64,000 bases of DNA from Perkinsela sp. CCAP 1560/9 (GCA_965644495.1 CBFFSA010000006.1:186001-250000), one strand, 5' to 3'; positions 49,365 through 61,047 are shown, counted from the stretch's first letter. A program made the numbers and translations. Notes: generated by a model from the letters alone, not told the origin.

Positions 49365-49941
49365 TCTTCTCCACGGGAGATCAGCGTGAGTCTTGCGTAA
49401 AGAAGATGATGTTAAGGTGTCGCGTGTCGCAGTGTATGGTTTCATCAAGCGCGATGAATCGCTCGGGGGAACACTATAAGTGCCTGCGTTGAGGCGGTGG
49501 TCGAGGCCGTCGCCTGCGCGGCAAAAACCTTTTTAAGATACCGAAGAAACGGCCAATTGTTACGCGAACGGCCAATCGTTATCAACACGCGGGGAAGATT
49601 TGGTGACTGGGAGTGCAACCAAATAGAGGGATCAAAGCACAGTGGGTTCTTTCTAAGTTTGCTGGAACAGAAAAACAGATTTGGTATACTGAAGATACTG
49701 CGCACGAAGAAGAGTGAGGTCGTTGCAGAGGCCATTGGTAGCATCCTGGAACACTATCTTCTTTCATACGATTACGTATGGCAATGCGTCAGAGTTTGCG
49801 AAACATGGGAATGTAAACACGCTTCTTGGGTGTGACTCATTCTTTTGCAAACCCTATGCCAGGTGGGAAAACGGTAGAGTAGAAAACTTTGACGGTGTGG
49901 TTAGAGATTTCTTCTCCCCAGACTATGGGGAAAGCCATTAA
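49365..49941 (+). pseudogene. Second, divergent IS30-family transposase relic
   Basis: ERPIVINTRGRFGDWECNQIEG; frameshift; HTITYGNASEF..LGCDSFFCKPYARWENGRVENFDGVVRDF. Confidence 0.85.
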
Positions 49942-50898
49942 GAAGGAAAGCCATTAAGAAGGAAAGCCATTAAGAAGGCTCTAGATGGGCACAATATGAC
50001 GCTGCTCAGCAAGTACGACATCACTCTACATAAGGCCCAACCACAGAAGATTGAGGAGCCACGATACGAACAAATCATACGAAGTTCAGACCAGCCATTC
50101 CGAATCTCACCAACGCCTGAAAATCCAACCCCTTCACCGAAAGAGGCTGTGCGCTACCGGATCCCACGCCGGCATAAGTGTATCGCAAAGCTGAAGTATG
50201 GCCACGCATGCTACAAAATATTTAGCCCGCTTCCAGTCCACAACGGTGACGTCACGGTAACCACCGTTTCCTCCGACCAACTTGAAGACACAAACCAGCG
50301 CGACCCGATATTATCCAGGAACTGCCCATTAGACCAAAGTATCACAAATACGAAAGGTCATCAGAGCGCCCGAGGCTCACAAGAGGCTCTTCAATGCAAC
50401 AAGGTCAGCACGCATTCGCAAGAACCATCTAATGCAAGAATCTCCAGCCGCCCATTTTTGTTTGATTTTTTTTTCAATTTTGGACCACCGGAGCCCCCTT
50501 TTATAAATTTTTCTTCTATTATATCACTGTGTTCCTCTTGTATTTTCACTGTTTTTGTTCACTTTTTTTTCAATAATCGAGGGTAGAGCGGTAGTTATAC
50601 AACCACCGCAACTCACCTTTGCTCTCGGTTAGGCCCCGGAGTTGCGTGAAGGCCTCCATACCCCACAACTACCACCTTCCCCCCCTATTTTAAATGATTT
50701 AGCGGGGGTCGCACGAGCCAACTTATCATGCAATACAACGGCAATTATAGCACTTTTATAGTACTATAAACTTTAAATACTATACATTCCAATACTTTGT
50801 ATTCCAATACTTTGATCTACATTGTTTTTATTATTCGGTATATTGCTCAGTATCGGATTTGGGTAGATCCTATTTGTTCGATTAACTTTTTCCTTTAA

Positions 50899-52473
50899 AT
50901 GCCCCACCCGTATCCTCGAAGATCCAAAAAAGTGCGAAGCGTTCTTTTCGATCCTGCCCGAGGTGGACGTGTACTCGGTAAGGACCAAACAGATGGATCT
51001 CATGATGGAGATCCCCCAATTAGTCTTTTTTTCAAGTTGATCATTGAGAAATATTCCCTTTTGGTTAATCAACGAGCCTTGAATTTGTCACAGATATCTC
51101 AGTACGAAGAAACACGGTCTGTCATCAATTTCAATACCCAGCACGCCTGTGAGGCGCTTTGCTCGTGCATAAAATCTTATTACCCCGATGTCGAGGCAAT
51201 CGCACTAGACCGGAATCGTATAAAGATGCCATTAATGCTGCTTAATGCCATGAAGAAATTTGATCTCTCGAGCCGTATTACAGCGATATCTTTGCAAGGA
51301 AATCCAATCTGTGAACTGGGATTTCTTCACAAGTTAAAGTTGTTTCCAGCCCTCCAAGAGCTCCGCCTTAAAGAGTGTCCCGCTACTCGACGTTCAAATT
51401 ATCGCAAAGAGGTCGCACGAATCCTCCCCGAGCTCATGCTCCTCGATGACGAGAGCGCGGAGGCGATCTCCCTATCCCTCCCCTGGCCGCTCTACCCCTC
51501 CCCGGGTGGGTTTTCCCCCGACCCCTCCGACCCCGACGCCACGTGTCGTGCCTACCTCCTACGCTACCTCGCCGCGGTGGAGGCCAACGCCGTGGAGTCC
51601 CTCGTCAGCTTCTACCACCCCGCCTCCACCCTCTCCACCACCGTCACCGAGGGGTTCTACTTCCCCACCCCCCCGGGCGCCACCCCCGCCGAGCGCCGCA
51701 CCCTCGACCGCGCCTTCCACGAGCTCCGCCACCTCCACAGCCGCAACCTCGCCCCCGCGCACCAATCCAAGGACGCCCACAGCAGACTCACCCGGGGCTA
51801 CCTCGAGCTCACCCACGCCCTCCGCGCCCGGCTCTACCTCGAGACCCCCCGGGTCACCCAGGCCGTGGAGCTCGGCCCCCACGTCGAGGTCACCCACCCC
51901 CCCGCATTCGGCGCCCACGCGTTTGGGAAGATCCCTTTCTACATTGTAAAGATGCATGGGACACTGAAGTACTGTTTTGAAAACACAAAAGACGGGCCAA
52001 AGGAAAACAGAGAAAACAAAGAAAACAGAGAAAACAAAGAAAACAGAGAAAACAAAGAAACCCCACACGAGACCATCATCACACGGTGGTTCGACCGCTC
52101 CTGGGTGCTACTCCCCCGGGAGAGTGGGGAGCTGGGGATATGGAGTGACATGTGGGTGTTGCGGGGGGGAGAGGGGAGGGGGGGGCCGTTGTGGGGCCCC
52201 GCCCAGGGGGACCGGGTCGAGAAGCTCGCTCGTCGGTTCGCGCTCCCGGAGACGGTGGCACAGGAGGTGATTGGAAAGTCCGGGAATGATTTACAGTGTG
52301 CCTTGTTGGGGGAGTTGGTGAGTCGTACCCGGTTGCGTCCGGAGATTGCGTTGGCGTGTTTGTCCGAGCGGGAGAATGATATGGAGAAGGCACTGGCGTT
52401 GTTTGAGGAGAGGAAGGGGGAGCTGCTGCCGAGTCATTTTTGTGAGGAACCGCAAGGCGCGGGGAAACCGTAG
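50899..52473 (+). CDS. MEX67: mRNA export factor Mex67/NXF1 (LRR, NTF2-like and C-terminal UBA domains)
   Basis: MPHPY start, INFNTQ.CEALCS.IKS, LRRs, SLPWP, FDRSWVL and C-terminal LSERENDMEKALALF, matching trypanosomatid Mex67 as recalled. Confidence 0.85.
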   Translation: MPHPYPRRSKKVRSVLFDPARGGRVLGKDQTDGSHDGDPPISLFFKLIIEKYSLLVNQRALNLSQISQYEETRSVINFNTQHACEALCSCIKSYYPDVEAIALDRNRIKMPLMLLNAMKKFDLSSRITAISLQGNPICELGFLHKLKLFPALQELRLKECPATRRSNYRKEVARILPELMLLDDESAEAISLSLPWPLYPSPGGFSPDPSDPDATCRAYLLRYLAAVEANAVESLVSFYHPASTLSTTVTEGFYFPTPPGATPAERRTLDRAFHELRHLHSRNLAPAHQSKDAHSRLTRGYLELTHALRARLYLETPRVTQAVELGPHVEVTHPPAFGAHAFGKIPFYIVKMHGTLKYCFENTKDGPKENRENKENRENKENRENKETPHETIITRWFDRSWVLLPRESGELGIWSDMWVLRGGEGRGGPLWGPAQGDRVEKLARRFALPETVAQEVIGKSGNDLQCALLGELVSRTRLRPEIALACLSERENDMEKALALFEERKGELLPSHFCEEPQGAGKP

Positions 52474-52749
52474 AGGGTGGAGTGAAGGGGGTGGTTTACG
52501 GTGTGAACCATTCGCTACGCCTAGTGGAACGCTTTTTTCGACACGGTCGAATAGCCGGTATTTGTGTTATACAGGTAAGACGATGTAAACTACGGGAGTT
52601 TTTATAGCGAGAGAGTGTAGTTCTGCATGTTTCAAAGCATGAACTTCCTCTTCTTTTTCTCTCTTTTTTCTACTTTTTTTCTACTTTTTTTAATCCCGCT
52701 CTTTTCTTCCTCTCCTCTTTTTCCCACCCTCTTTTCTCTCTTCCCCCCT

Positions 52750-53520
52750 ATGGACGCTGAAACCCTCGCCGGGGTAGGTGGCTTCATGGCCTCCCAAACC
52801 GACCCCTCCAAACCCAAACCCCCCGAGTCCCGCCAGCGCGGCTCCTTCCCCCTCCGTCCGCTCACCATCAAACAGCTCCTGGACTCCACCCACGTCGGGG
52901 ACGGCACCATGGTCGTCGACGACAAGGAGGTGGGGCAGATCACCGTGCTCGGTCGTGTCCTCTCCCACCCCGACGGCCCCCCCACCCCCGGGCTCGCGCG
53001 CATGTTCGCCGTGGCCCTCTGCGACGACACCGGCACCCTGCTGTGCAAGAAGTGGATGGACGCCGCGGAGCCCTTCGACCCCGCCTGGGCCGTCGGGAAC
53101 TACCTCCGCGTGTCCGGGGCCGCCAAGCTCACCGAGGGGGTCCCCTCCCTCACCGGGCAGTTCCGCCCCGTGGTGGACAGCAACGAGGTGATCTACCACG
53201 GGCTGGAGTGCGTCCTGGTGCATCTCCGCAACACACGACCCCCACCGGCAAAGGGGAAGGGGGAAGCGGGGGAAGCGGGGGAAGGAAAAAGAGTCACCCC
53301 CGTCCCCGAGGCCCCCGTCGGGAGTCTGCGGGAGGCGCTACGAAAGGTAGCCGCCGGGGGGGATCGACGGCAGGGGATGACGGTGGAGGAGATGGTGTCG
53401 AGGCTGGGGGAGAGTGGGCGGGTGGGGGTGGGGGTGGGGGAGGTGCGACGGGAGGTGGGGTATCTGGTTTCGCAAGGGTTGTTGATTACAACGGTGGATG
53501 AGAATCATTTTACGTGTTAG
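52750..53520 (+). CDS. RPA2: Replication protein A 32-kDa subunit
   Basis: GGFM, LRPLTIKQL, DDTG, RPVVDSNEV.YHGLE and C-terminal winged helix LITTVDENHF; start placed after the polypyrimidine tract. Confidence 0.92.
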   Translation: MDAETLAGVGGFMASQTDPSKPKPPESRQRGSFPLRPLTIKQLLDSTHVGDGTMVVDDKEVGQITVLGRVLSHPDGPPTPGLARMFAVALCDDTGTLLCKKWMDAAEPFDPAWAVGNYLRVSGAAKLTEGVPSLTGQFRPVVDSNEVIYHGLECVLVHLRNTRPPPAKGKGEAGEAGEGKRVTPVPEAPVGSLREALRKVAAGGDRRQGMTVEEMVSRLGESGRVGVGVGEVRREVGYLVSQGLLITTVDENHFTC

Positions 53521-53835
53521 GGGAAAGGGGGGGGGTGGAGGGGGGGGTGAATTGTACAAGGGGACATGTGTTTTTAGGATGTAGTGTTGCATTTAGGTTC
53601 ACTTGTTTTCTTTATTCGTCTGTAGAGAAAGGTTGATGATGGAACTTAAAAGTTGCTAGTCATAAGATTGTATTGAACGGGTCACAACGAATGGGGAATA
53701 CGATGCAAGACATTGAACTCTGAGTAACAGCTGTATTTTTGAACCATTTTTTTTTCGGTTTGTATTCTACACAAGTTTCTACCCAATTGAATTTCATCAA
53801 CAAACAAGTCAAAATATTACCCCACTCTCCGTGAC

Positions 53836-55863
53836 ATGAAAAACGAAACCCTCTCACTGAACACGAAAAAGAAACTCATGGCCCTCGCCCACGAAGCGAG
53901 TGGTTTAAAACGGAAAAAGCACCTCTCGGAGTCTATCCCCACACCCTCAGACGCCGAAACCCCGGAAAATCCACGTCCGCCGGTTTCCGCATTCCCTTCA
54001 ACCTCCTCCCGCTTCGGTCCTGCCCCCCTCCCCCCCTCTTCCCTCACTTTCGAAACCCTCGGCGGCATGTCCCAGGCCAAAATCGCCCTCCGCGACGCCC
54101 TCTTCCCCATTTTTCACCGCCCTGAACTCTACCGCTCCCTCGGTGCGGACCCCCCCTCCGGGATTCTCCTCCATGGGGTGCCGGGATCGGGAAAAACCAC
54201 CCTTGCCCGGGCCCTGGCCGCTACGCTCGGCGTCCCGCTGTTTCACCACACCGCCTCGGAGCTCACCGCGGGGGTCTCGGGGGAGAGTGAAGCCTTAGTC
54301 CGGGAATTGTTTCAAACCGCAATTTCGTTTTCTCCCTCTATTATTTTGCTCGATGAAATCGACAGCATTACGGGAAAACGCGACGACAGCACACGAGAAA
54401 TGACAAGACGCGTGGTTTCGCAGTTTCTCTCCTGTATGGACCAATTAGCGGTCGCGTGGCGTGAGAGAGGCACCGTGGTGGTGGTCCTGGGCACCACAAG
54501 CCGGTTGGATACCATTGACCCCGCGGTCCGGCGTGCGGGGCGGTTTGATCGCGAGATTGTGCTCTCCGTACCGAACACAGCAGAGAGGGAAGAGATATTT
54601 CGTGCGCTGTGTGCGGAGATGAAGGTGAGTGAAAAAGTCGATTTCGCAGAGGTCGCACGAAAAACCCCAGGGTTTGTTCCCGCAGATTTACATGCCGTCA
54701 CAAAGGAAGCCGCAGGGTTGGCCATTCGGCGAGTCATGGACACGGAAAGTAAACCCACCCAATCCCCCAACCCCACAAACCAACCAACCACCCCAACCCC
54801 CCCTCCTCCACCCGTTTCCATGGACGAAGACACCCCCTTGGCGTCCTCCTCCCCCCCTCCCCCCCTCTCCCTCCTCCCCCGCGACATCACCGCCGCCCTC
54901 ACCACCGTCCAGCCCGCCGCCCTCCGCGAGGGCTTCACCACCCTCCCCTCCGTCTCCTTCCACCACGTCGGGGCCCTGGCCCCCGTCCGCGCCGAGCTCT
55001 TCCGCTCCGTCGTCCTCCCGCTGCGCCACCCCGCGCTCTACCGCCGCTTCGGGTTGGCCCAATCCCTCGGGGTCCTACTCCACGGCCCCCCGGGCTGCGG
55101 CAAGACGCTGCTGGCGAAGGCGGTGGCCCACGAGGCGGGGGCGAACTTCATCGCGGTGAAGGGGCCGGAGCTGCTGAGTAAGTACCTCGGGGAGTCCGAG
55201 CGCGGGGTGCGGGCGGTGTTCGGGCGCGCCCGGGCCAGTGCCCCGTGTGTGTTGTTTTTTGATGAGTTGGATGCGCTGGCGCCGCGGAGGGGGGGAGGGG
55301 ACGCGGGGGAGGGGGGAAGTGGAGGAGGAGCTGCGGAACGGGTGGTGAATCAGCTGCTCACGGAGATGGATGGGATGGAGGCGCGGGATGTGGTGGGGGT
55401 GTATGTGTTGGGGGCGACGAATCGACCGGATCGGATTGACCCGGCGTTGACGCGACCCGGGAGGTTGGATAAGACGTTACATGTGCCGTTACCGAGTCCC
55501 GAGCAACGGGTGAGTATTTTGGAGAAACTGGCGAAGGGGTTTCCGTTGAGTCCGGAGATTGATTTGGAGGGGACCGCGAAAGGGGATGTGCGGTGTGAGG
55601 GGTTTAGTGGGGCAGACCTCGCGGCACTGTTGCGGGAGTCCGCGTTGCTGGCGGTGAGGGAGGTGTTGGGGCACTGTTGTGAGGAGTCCGTGGGGTTCTC
55701 CTCGGCCAATGCCGTCGGGGAGTTGGTGGCGAATTTGGATGCGGGGATCAGCCAGCCATGTATTCAACCCGCGCATTGGAATGAGGCGCTGACAAGGACG
55801 CGGCGATCGGTGTCGGATAGGGTGGCACAGGCGTACGGGTCGTATCAGGCCGGTCGTACGTGA
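53836..55863 (+). CDS. NVL: Type II AAA+ ATPase NVL/Rix7 (ribosome biogenesis)
   Basis: Two AAA modules ([15 protein letters not shown] and [15 protein letters not shown]); [17 protein letters not shown] and RPGRLDK. Confidence 0.9.
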   Translation: MKNETLSLNTKKKLMALAHEASGLKRKKHLSESIPTPSDAETPENPRPPVSAFPSTSSRFGPAPLPPSSLTFETLGGMSQAKIALRDALFPIFHRPELYRSLGADPPSGILLHGVPGSGKTTLARALAATLGVPLFHHTASELTAGVSGESEALVRELFQTAISFSPSIILLDEIDSITGKRDDSTREMTRRVVSQFLSCMDQLAVAWRERGTVVVVLGTTSRLDTIDPAVRRAGRFDREIVLSVPNTAEREEIFRALCAEMKVSEKVDFAEVARKTPGFVPADLHAVTKEAAGLAIRRVMDTESKPTQSPNPTNQPTTPTPPPPPVSMDEDTPLASSSPPPPLSLLPRDITAALTTVQPAALREGFTTLPSVSFHHVGALAPVRAELFRSVVLPLRHPALYRRFGLAQSLGVLLHGPPGCGKTLLAKAVAHEAGANFIAVKGPELLSKYLGESERGVRAVFGRARASAPCVLFFDELDALAPRRGGGDAGEGGSGGGAAERVVNQLLTEMDGMEARDVVGVYVLGATNRPDRIDPALTRPGRLDKTLHVPLPSPEQRVSILEKLAKGFPLSPEIDLEGTAKGDVRCEGFSGADLAALLRESALLAVREVLGHCCEESVGFSSANAVGELVANLDAGISQPCIQPAHWNEALTRTRRSVSDRVAQAYGSYQAGRT

Positions 55864-57278
55864 GGGAAAACTAAAGAGGGGATGAAAAAATAAAATTGTA
55901 GTTAAGTAAGAAATAATCCATTTGTTGGTCTTGTATTTAAGCTTTTCTTTGTATCTATGATTTTTAGCAGGGTAAGACAAATGGGCTTTAGTGTATAGCA
56001 AACGGATGGATTTTAGTTATTGGTTTTGCATGGATGAATTCTATGATCGTTAAGGGAAGCACGCTGCAGACGCCATCAGATGTGCCAGTCAAAAACCCAG
56101 CGAAACGCAGAAAGAAAGTAACGGGAATAGCCTTCAAAGATATATCCCAGAGGCATGAGAAAAACACTAAAGAAGGCCGTATAGGGGAAAAGTCGCATCA
56201 AACTTCATCGTTAAAGGCTGACTCAAAGGAATCTAAGGCACCTGATCCAGCTGCAGGAAGCCCGGCAGCGAGATCCTCCTAAAGTGAGATTGCCCTCATT
56301 GATATGAGCATTAGCGAGTTGATTACAGAGTCCATTCATCTCATAAGTGGCGTCAAAAGGAGTTGCGACATATTGCCTTTCACAAAGTTATGAGTCCGAA
56401 ACTGCGGAATTATGTTCTTGCGATTGGAGAAACAGAGTCTTAAACTCATGGTTTTTCATGTTTTCCAATATTAGTTTTGTGAACGACCTAGAATTCAACA
56501 AGCTGACTATCACGATTTTTTCTTGCTGAATGTTCCTTGGTACGCCCTTTTCATTACCTTCACCACAGTTTTCATCGCTCAAGATTTTTTGCCATGGTAA
56601 AAATAGATAAAAAAGTTAATTTTCCTGAGGGGATCATTACGTTTCCTACTGTAGAGTACAGCGGTACATTAGCTTAGCATTTTCGTAATGTAATCGTACA
56701 TAAAATTGGGGGACTGCGGTGGGATCTCACAGGATCTCACGACCGCGCTGAAATTAACGTCGCGCTGCTTCGCGTTGGCGCGTCAGTCGCGACTGTTCTG
56801 TTTGATTTTGCTTTGAATGGTTTCGTGTGATCTCACGCGATCTTGTGGAATCTCGTTTGAACCTCACCTGCAGCCCCTCAATTCTATACATTGTACGGAA
56901 GTTTTCGTTTGTAGTTGCTTCGTTAAATGCTGTGGTTATTTTCAATTTAGAAGGCACCACTGCTGCGCGCTTCGCGTTGAAAACTACTTCCGCGTTTTAT
57001 GAAGCGACTAAAGACCGACAAAAAGAATTCTCAAAAGATGACGAATATCTATTTTTGGGGGTGAAAAAGCCATTTTTAGGCCTTAAATGAGAAGGTTTTA
57101 CCCCAAACTTGGGCCCTATTTTGATGCCTTACCGGCAGAGGTAGGAGGGAGATCTGATTAGAAAACGTGACGTCCAATTCCTTGAATAAAAAATTGTACT
57201 CTCTACATGCTCCACCACTCAAGACTACCTACACGAGACGACCCTTACCCACCCAACTAAGTCCTCTGCACCGCTCTG

Positions 57279-59825
57279 ATGAAACTCCCCACAAAAATCT
57301 ACATTAAAAAGATTGCCCACTCGCGCCCGCTGGATGCCATGACCTTCACCTTCCATCAGGCGACAAAAGGAACATGTAACCGCGGCGCACTGATCCAAGC
57401 GATACAACATTGTTACCAAGATAAGGACACCTCCCCGCACCGCAAACGCCATCGCGGATGTTGGGAGAACGCCCTCTGCGCGGTCCTCGGCGCCGAAGCC
57501 GCGGGCTACCCTCGCCTGGGCGAAATCTACCGCGAACTCGCCAAATGTGCCTACCACAACCGCGCCTGGGAGGGTGCCCTCCACATCCTTGCCCACTGGC
57601 GTTGTCCCCAAATCGATCCCCACGCCCTCACAGCCGACTCCCCCGCACACCCCCCACTTCCTCCTCCTCACCCTCAAAATCGCAACTCAACCCTCAACCC
57701 CTCCTGCCTCACCCCCCCTCCCCCACCCCCTTATTCCACCTCCGTGAACGCCCTCCCCTTCGCCATGACTCATCACTCTAAACAACAATCACAGCAACAA
57801 CAAGAACAACAGCAACAATCACAACAGGAACAATCACAACAATCACAATCACAATCACAACAACAACAACAATCACGTCGACGACAGCAACAACAACAAC
57901 AACCACAACAACAATCACAACAACAACGACAATCACAACCACAACAACAACAATCACGTCGACGACAGCAACAACAACCCCCACAATCCCAGCAACCAGA
58001 ATCTTCAATCACCCCCTTTTCCCCTTTTTCCCCATCCCCTCTTTCCTCTTCCCCCCCCTCTCTCCCCCCCTCCCCCGCCCCCTCCCCCCGTCCCCTCCCC
58101 TCCCCCTGCCTCCACCACTACGCCCTCGCGTCCCTCGCCCCCACCCCCCACTGGCCCCTCGCCCTCGCCGCCCTCCACGACCTCCCCCGCTGCGGCCTCA
58201 CCCCCTCCCCCACCACGTACGCCCTCGTGCTGCGGGGGCTGGAGCAGAGCGCGCAGTGGAGGCGTGCGCTGTGCGTGTACGACACGGTGAGGGGGGTGGG
58301 GGGAGTAGTGGGGGTGAGGGAAGTAGTGGGGGAGAAGGGAGTGGGGATGAAGGTGAAGGGAGTGGGGGTGAAGGGAGTAGTGGGGGTGAGGGGGATGGGG
58401 GTGAAGGGAGTAGTGGGGGTGAGGGAGATGGAGGTGGGGGTAGTGGGAATGGGGAAGGAAGGGATGGGGGCAAAGGGGACGGGGACAAAGGAAATGAAGG
58501 CAAAGGAGATGGGGGAGATGGAGGGGATGAGGCAGATGGAGGGGATGGGGGAGATGGAGGGGATGGGGGAGAGGGGGGTAGTGGGGGCAAAGGGGATGAG
58601 GGGAGTGGGGGCAAACGGGGTGAGGGAGATGGAGGGGATGGGGGCAAGTTGGATGGGGGAAACGGGGATGGGGGTGAGGGGGGTTGTGGGGGCTAGGGTG
58701 GTGGGGACGGTGATGGGGGCCTGTACGCGTGCGGGTCAGTGGGAGGTGAGTTTAGCGGTGGCGGGGGATTGGGTAAGGGGGTGGGGTGAGGAGGAGAGAG
58801 GGAGGGGGAGAGGAGGGAGGAGAGAGAGAGGGGGGAAGGAAGAGGAGGAGGAGGTGAAGGAGGAGGATAGGCATGTGAAGGATGAAAAGGAAATGAATAA
58901 GAACCATAAGAGTCAGCAAAGTGATATGATTCGTCACAGAAACGACGATAAGACCCCGCACCGTGCGGTATGGATTAACAGTGATGTGTTCTATCAACTC
59001 ATGCGGGCGTTATCGAAAGGAGGGGTGTGGCAGGAGGTGGTACGGGCGTATGAAGCCGCAGAAAGGGTCGGAAGGGGGACAGATCGATCACGTACGTTGG
59101 TGGTACGGGTACTGCATCATGCAGGGCAGTGGGAGAGGGCCGTGAGGGTGGCGTGTGAGAGTATTGGTAAAGGAGAGGATCGCGGCCGGGGAGAGGGTAG
59201 AGAGGAGGAAGAGAGGGGTGAGCTAGAGGTCGAACCGCTGGAGTATGATATACGGAATGACAACGGCAAAATGGATAGATATAAAATGCGTATGTGGAGC
59301 TATGCACTCGGGGTATTGCTTCAAGGGTGCAGGTACGCTAAAAACGAGCCCTTGACAACGTCTCTTGTACAATACGTCCACGAAAATACAGCAAGCCTTA
59401 CTCCACTCTCCGGTTTACTTTTCTCGGAGCTTTGTCACGAGGCCGCACGGCTGGGGCATTTCCAAATTGCCATGCGCCATGCGGAAAAAGCAATGCGCAA
59501 CAATTTAATGATGAATGCCGTGGTTCAACTGCTGGGTTCGACAAGGCAATGGGATGAAATGCTTAAGTCCTATCATCGGTACCAGAACAACCCACGTTTC
59601 GTGATGACCTCGGAGAGCTTAGACCACTTTTTACAGGGTATGGGGCAGCTACGGAATTGGCACCAAGCCCTAGCTGTGGTTGATTCGTTAGAAAGCAATT
59701 CGAAGCGTTGGGCTACCAAAGGGGCCCCTTCCATTGTGAATGTTACCCATTTACGTACACTGTACGATTTATGTGAGTCGTGCGGGTACCATCATAGCCA
59801 ATGGCGATGGAAACACCATCCCTGA
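57279..59825 (+). CDS. Pentatricopeptide-repeat (PPR) protein with polyQ, Pro-rich and Gly/Met/Val-rich insertions
   Basis: PPR-like motifs [43 protein letters not shown] and [17 protein letters not shown]. Confidence 0.8.
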   Translation: MKLPTKIYIKKIAHSRPLDAMTFTFHQATKGTCNRGALIQAIQHCYQDKDTSPHRKRHRGCWENALCAVLGAEAAGYPRLGEIYRELAKCAYHNRAWEGALHILAHWRCPQIDPHALTADSPAHPPLPPPHPQNRNSTLNPSCLTPPPPPPYSTSVNALPFAMTHHSKQQSQQQQEQQQQSQQEQSQQSQSQSQQQQQSRRRQQQQQQPQQQSQQQRQSQPQQQQSRRRQQQQPPQSQQPESSITPFSPFSPSPLSSSPPSLPPSPAPSPRPLPSPCLHHYALASLAPTPHWPLALAALHDLPRCGLTPSPTTYALVLRGLEQSAQWRRALCVYDTVRGVGGVVGVREVVGEKGVGMKVKGVGVKGVVGVRGMGVKGVVGVREMEVGVVGMGKEGMGAKGTGTKEMKAKEMGEMEGMRQMEGMGEMEGMGERGVVGAKGMRGVGANGVREMEGMGASWMGETGMGVRGVVGARVVGTVMGACTRAGQWEVSLAVAGDWVRGWGEEERGRGRGGRRERGGKEEEEEVKEEDRHVKDEKEMNKNHKSQQSDMIRHRNDDKTPHRAVWINSDVFYQLMRALSKGGVWQEVVRAYEAAERVGRGTDRSRTLVVRVLHHAGQWERAVRVACESIGKGEDRGRGEGREEEERGELEVEPLEYDIRNDNGKMDRYKMRMWSYALGVLLQGCRYAKNEPLTTSLVQYVHENTASLTPLSGLLFSELCHEAARLGHFQIAMRHAEKAMRNNLMMNAVVQLLGSTRQWDEMLKSYHRYQNNPRFVMTSESLDHFLQGMGQLRNWHQALAVVDSLESNSKRWATKGAPSIVNVTHLRTLYDLCESCGYHHSQWRWKHHP

Positions 59826-59979
59826 GCCATAGTTACAAGCTTTGTCATGTTATACGCCACAATTTTAGTTTTCAGTTAAGTCCAGTGTCATTTTTTCACA
59901 TGCCAAAAAAACGTGCTTTCGAATTCAAATCTTGTTTTTTTGCTTAGAACTTCCTTTTTCCCACCAAATCCCCTACTCC

Positions 59980-61047
59980 ATGAAACCCCGTGCCCCACGT
60001 TGTCGTCACTGCAAACGCCCCGACACCCTGGTCGAGGACGAACACGAGGGCTACACCATCTGTACCCACTGCAACTACATCGCCGGCACCCTCCTCGACG
60101 CCTCCGAGGGGGCTGAATCCTTTATCTCCTCCCGTGCTGATATCTCCTCGGATCTTACACTCCGGCCTGATTTCTTATCCTCTTCCTCTGCTTCTTCCCC
60201 CACTCTTGATGCCACCACCGAAGCCGACCTGCGGCTACAAAAACAAAAACTCGTTAAACTAGGAAACGCTCTAGGACTACGACAACCCGTTGTGGATCGC
60301 GCAGTCTCGTTTTATTTCGCCTATGGAGATTATCTCAAAAGGAGAGGCGACAAAGCACTGCGGGGGAAAGAGGAGATTCTAGCCGCGTGCCTACTCGAGG
60401 CCGCGGCACAGTCCCAGGTAGCCGTGTCGCTCCCTGAGCTCCTACGGGGGATGCGCGTACCGGACAAAGAGGCAAGGCGGGTTGCGGGGAATATCACAAG
60501 GGTGCGGCATAAAGTGCAGGATGTGGTGGGAGGGGGAGGGGGGAGAGGAGAAGATGCCGTACAAAAGGGTGTGGAGAGGATAGAAATTGGAGACCCGACT
60601 AGAGAAGGTTTTGAGAACCAGAGCTTCTCAAGCCCCGTGGTTACTTTGGAACAACGCTACCGGGAGATGATGCAGCGTTGTGTACAGCGGCTGTGTGTGC
60701 CTGGGGTGTACACGATTGCGCTGGTCGCACGTCTGGGGGCGCTGTTGGAGGATAAACTCCCGGCAGCACGACACCCGGAGGTAGTGCTGGCATATGTGGT
60801 GTACACGATACTCACGAGCCAGGACTACCTCTCGCTGTGTGGCACACGAGTGGAGTTTGTGATTCCGCTCGGGAGTCCGGGGGAACGGATTCTGCGCGCA
60901 AAATTGTCCGACCACTTTGGTGTGAGGTGGGCCGACGTGGAGGCGTTCGGGGGTAAAGTCACGGAGGATGTGCGTCAGGGGATGATGTACGAGGCGGAGA
61001 GGTATGCGAGGGAGCTGAGAAAACCGCAGGAGACCAAGAGGGAGTAG
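59980..61047 (+). CDS. TFIIB-like transcription factor (Zn ribbon + cyclin repeats)
   Basis: CRHC..LVEDEHEGYTICTHC ribbon and ILAACLLEA cyclin helix; ~355 aa fits TFIIB better than BRF1. Confidence 0.75.
   Translation: MKPRAPRCRHCKRPDTLVEDEHEGYTICTHCNYIAGTLLDASEGAESFISSRADISSDLTLRPDFLSSSSASSPTLDATTEADLRLQKQKLVKLGNALGLRQPVVDRAVSFYFAYGDYLKRRGDKALRGKEEILAACLLEAAAQSQVAVSLPELLRGMRVPDKEARRVAGNITRVRHKVQDVVGGGGGRGEDAVQKGVERIEIGDPTREGFENQSFSSPVVTLEQRYREMMQRCVQRLCVPGVYTIALVARLGALLEDKLPAARHPEVVLAYVVYTILTSQDYLSLCGTRVEFVIPLGSPGERILRAKLSDHFGVRWADVEAFGGKVTEDVRQGMMYEAERYARELRKPQETKRE

Noticed and set aside
49996-50586. 196-aa ORF as a gene
   Set aside because: No motif, and its 3' part runs into a dispersed repeat also present at 4573-4735.
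52627-52749. Hydrophobic N-terminal signal or transmembrane segment on RPA2
   Set aside because: It is the translation of a polypyrimidine tract; RPA2 similarity begins at MDAET.
51446-59307. Many overlapping alternative-frame and antisense ORFs (Pro/Ser-, Gly-, Cys- or Val-rich)
   Set aside because: Shadows of the real genes caused by extreme C/G skew and low complexity.
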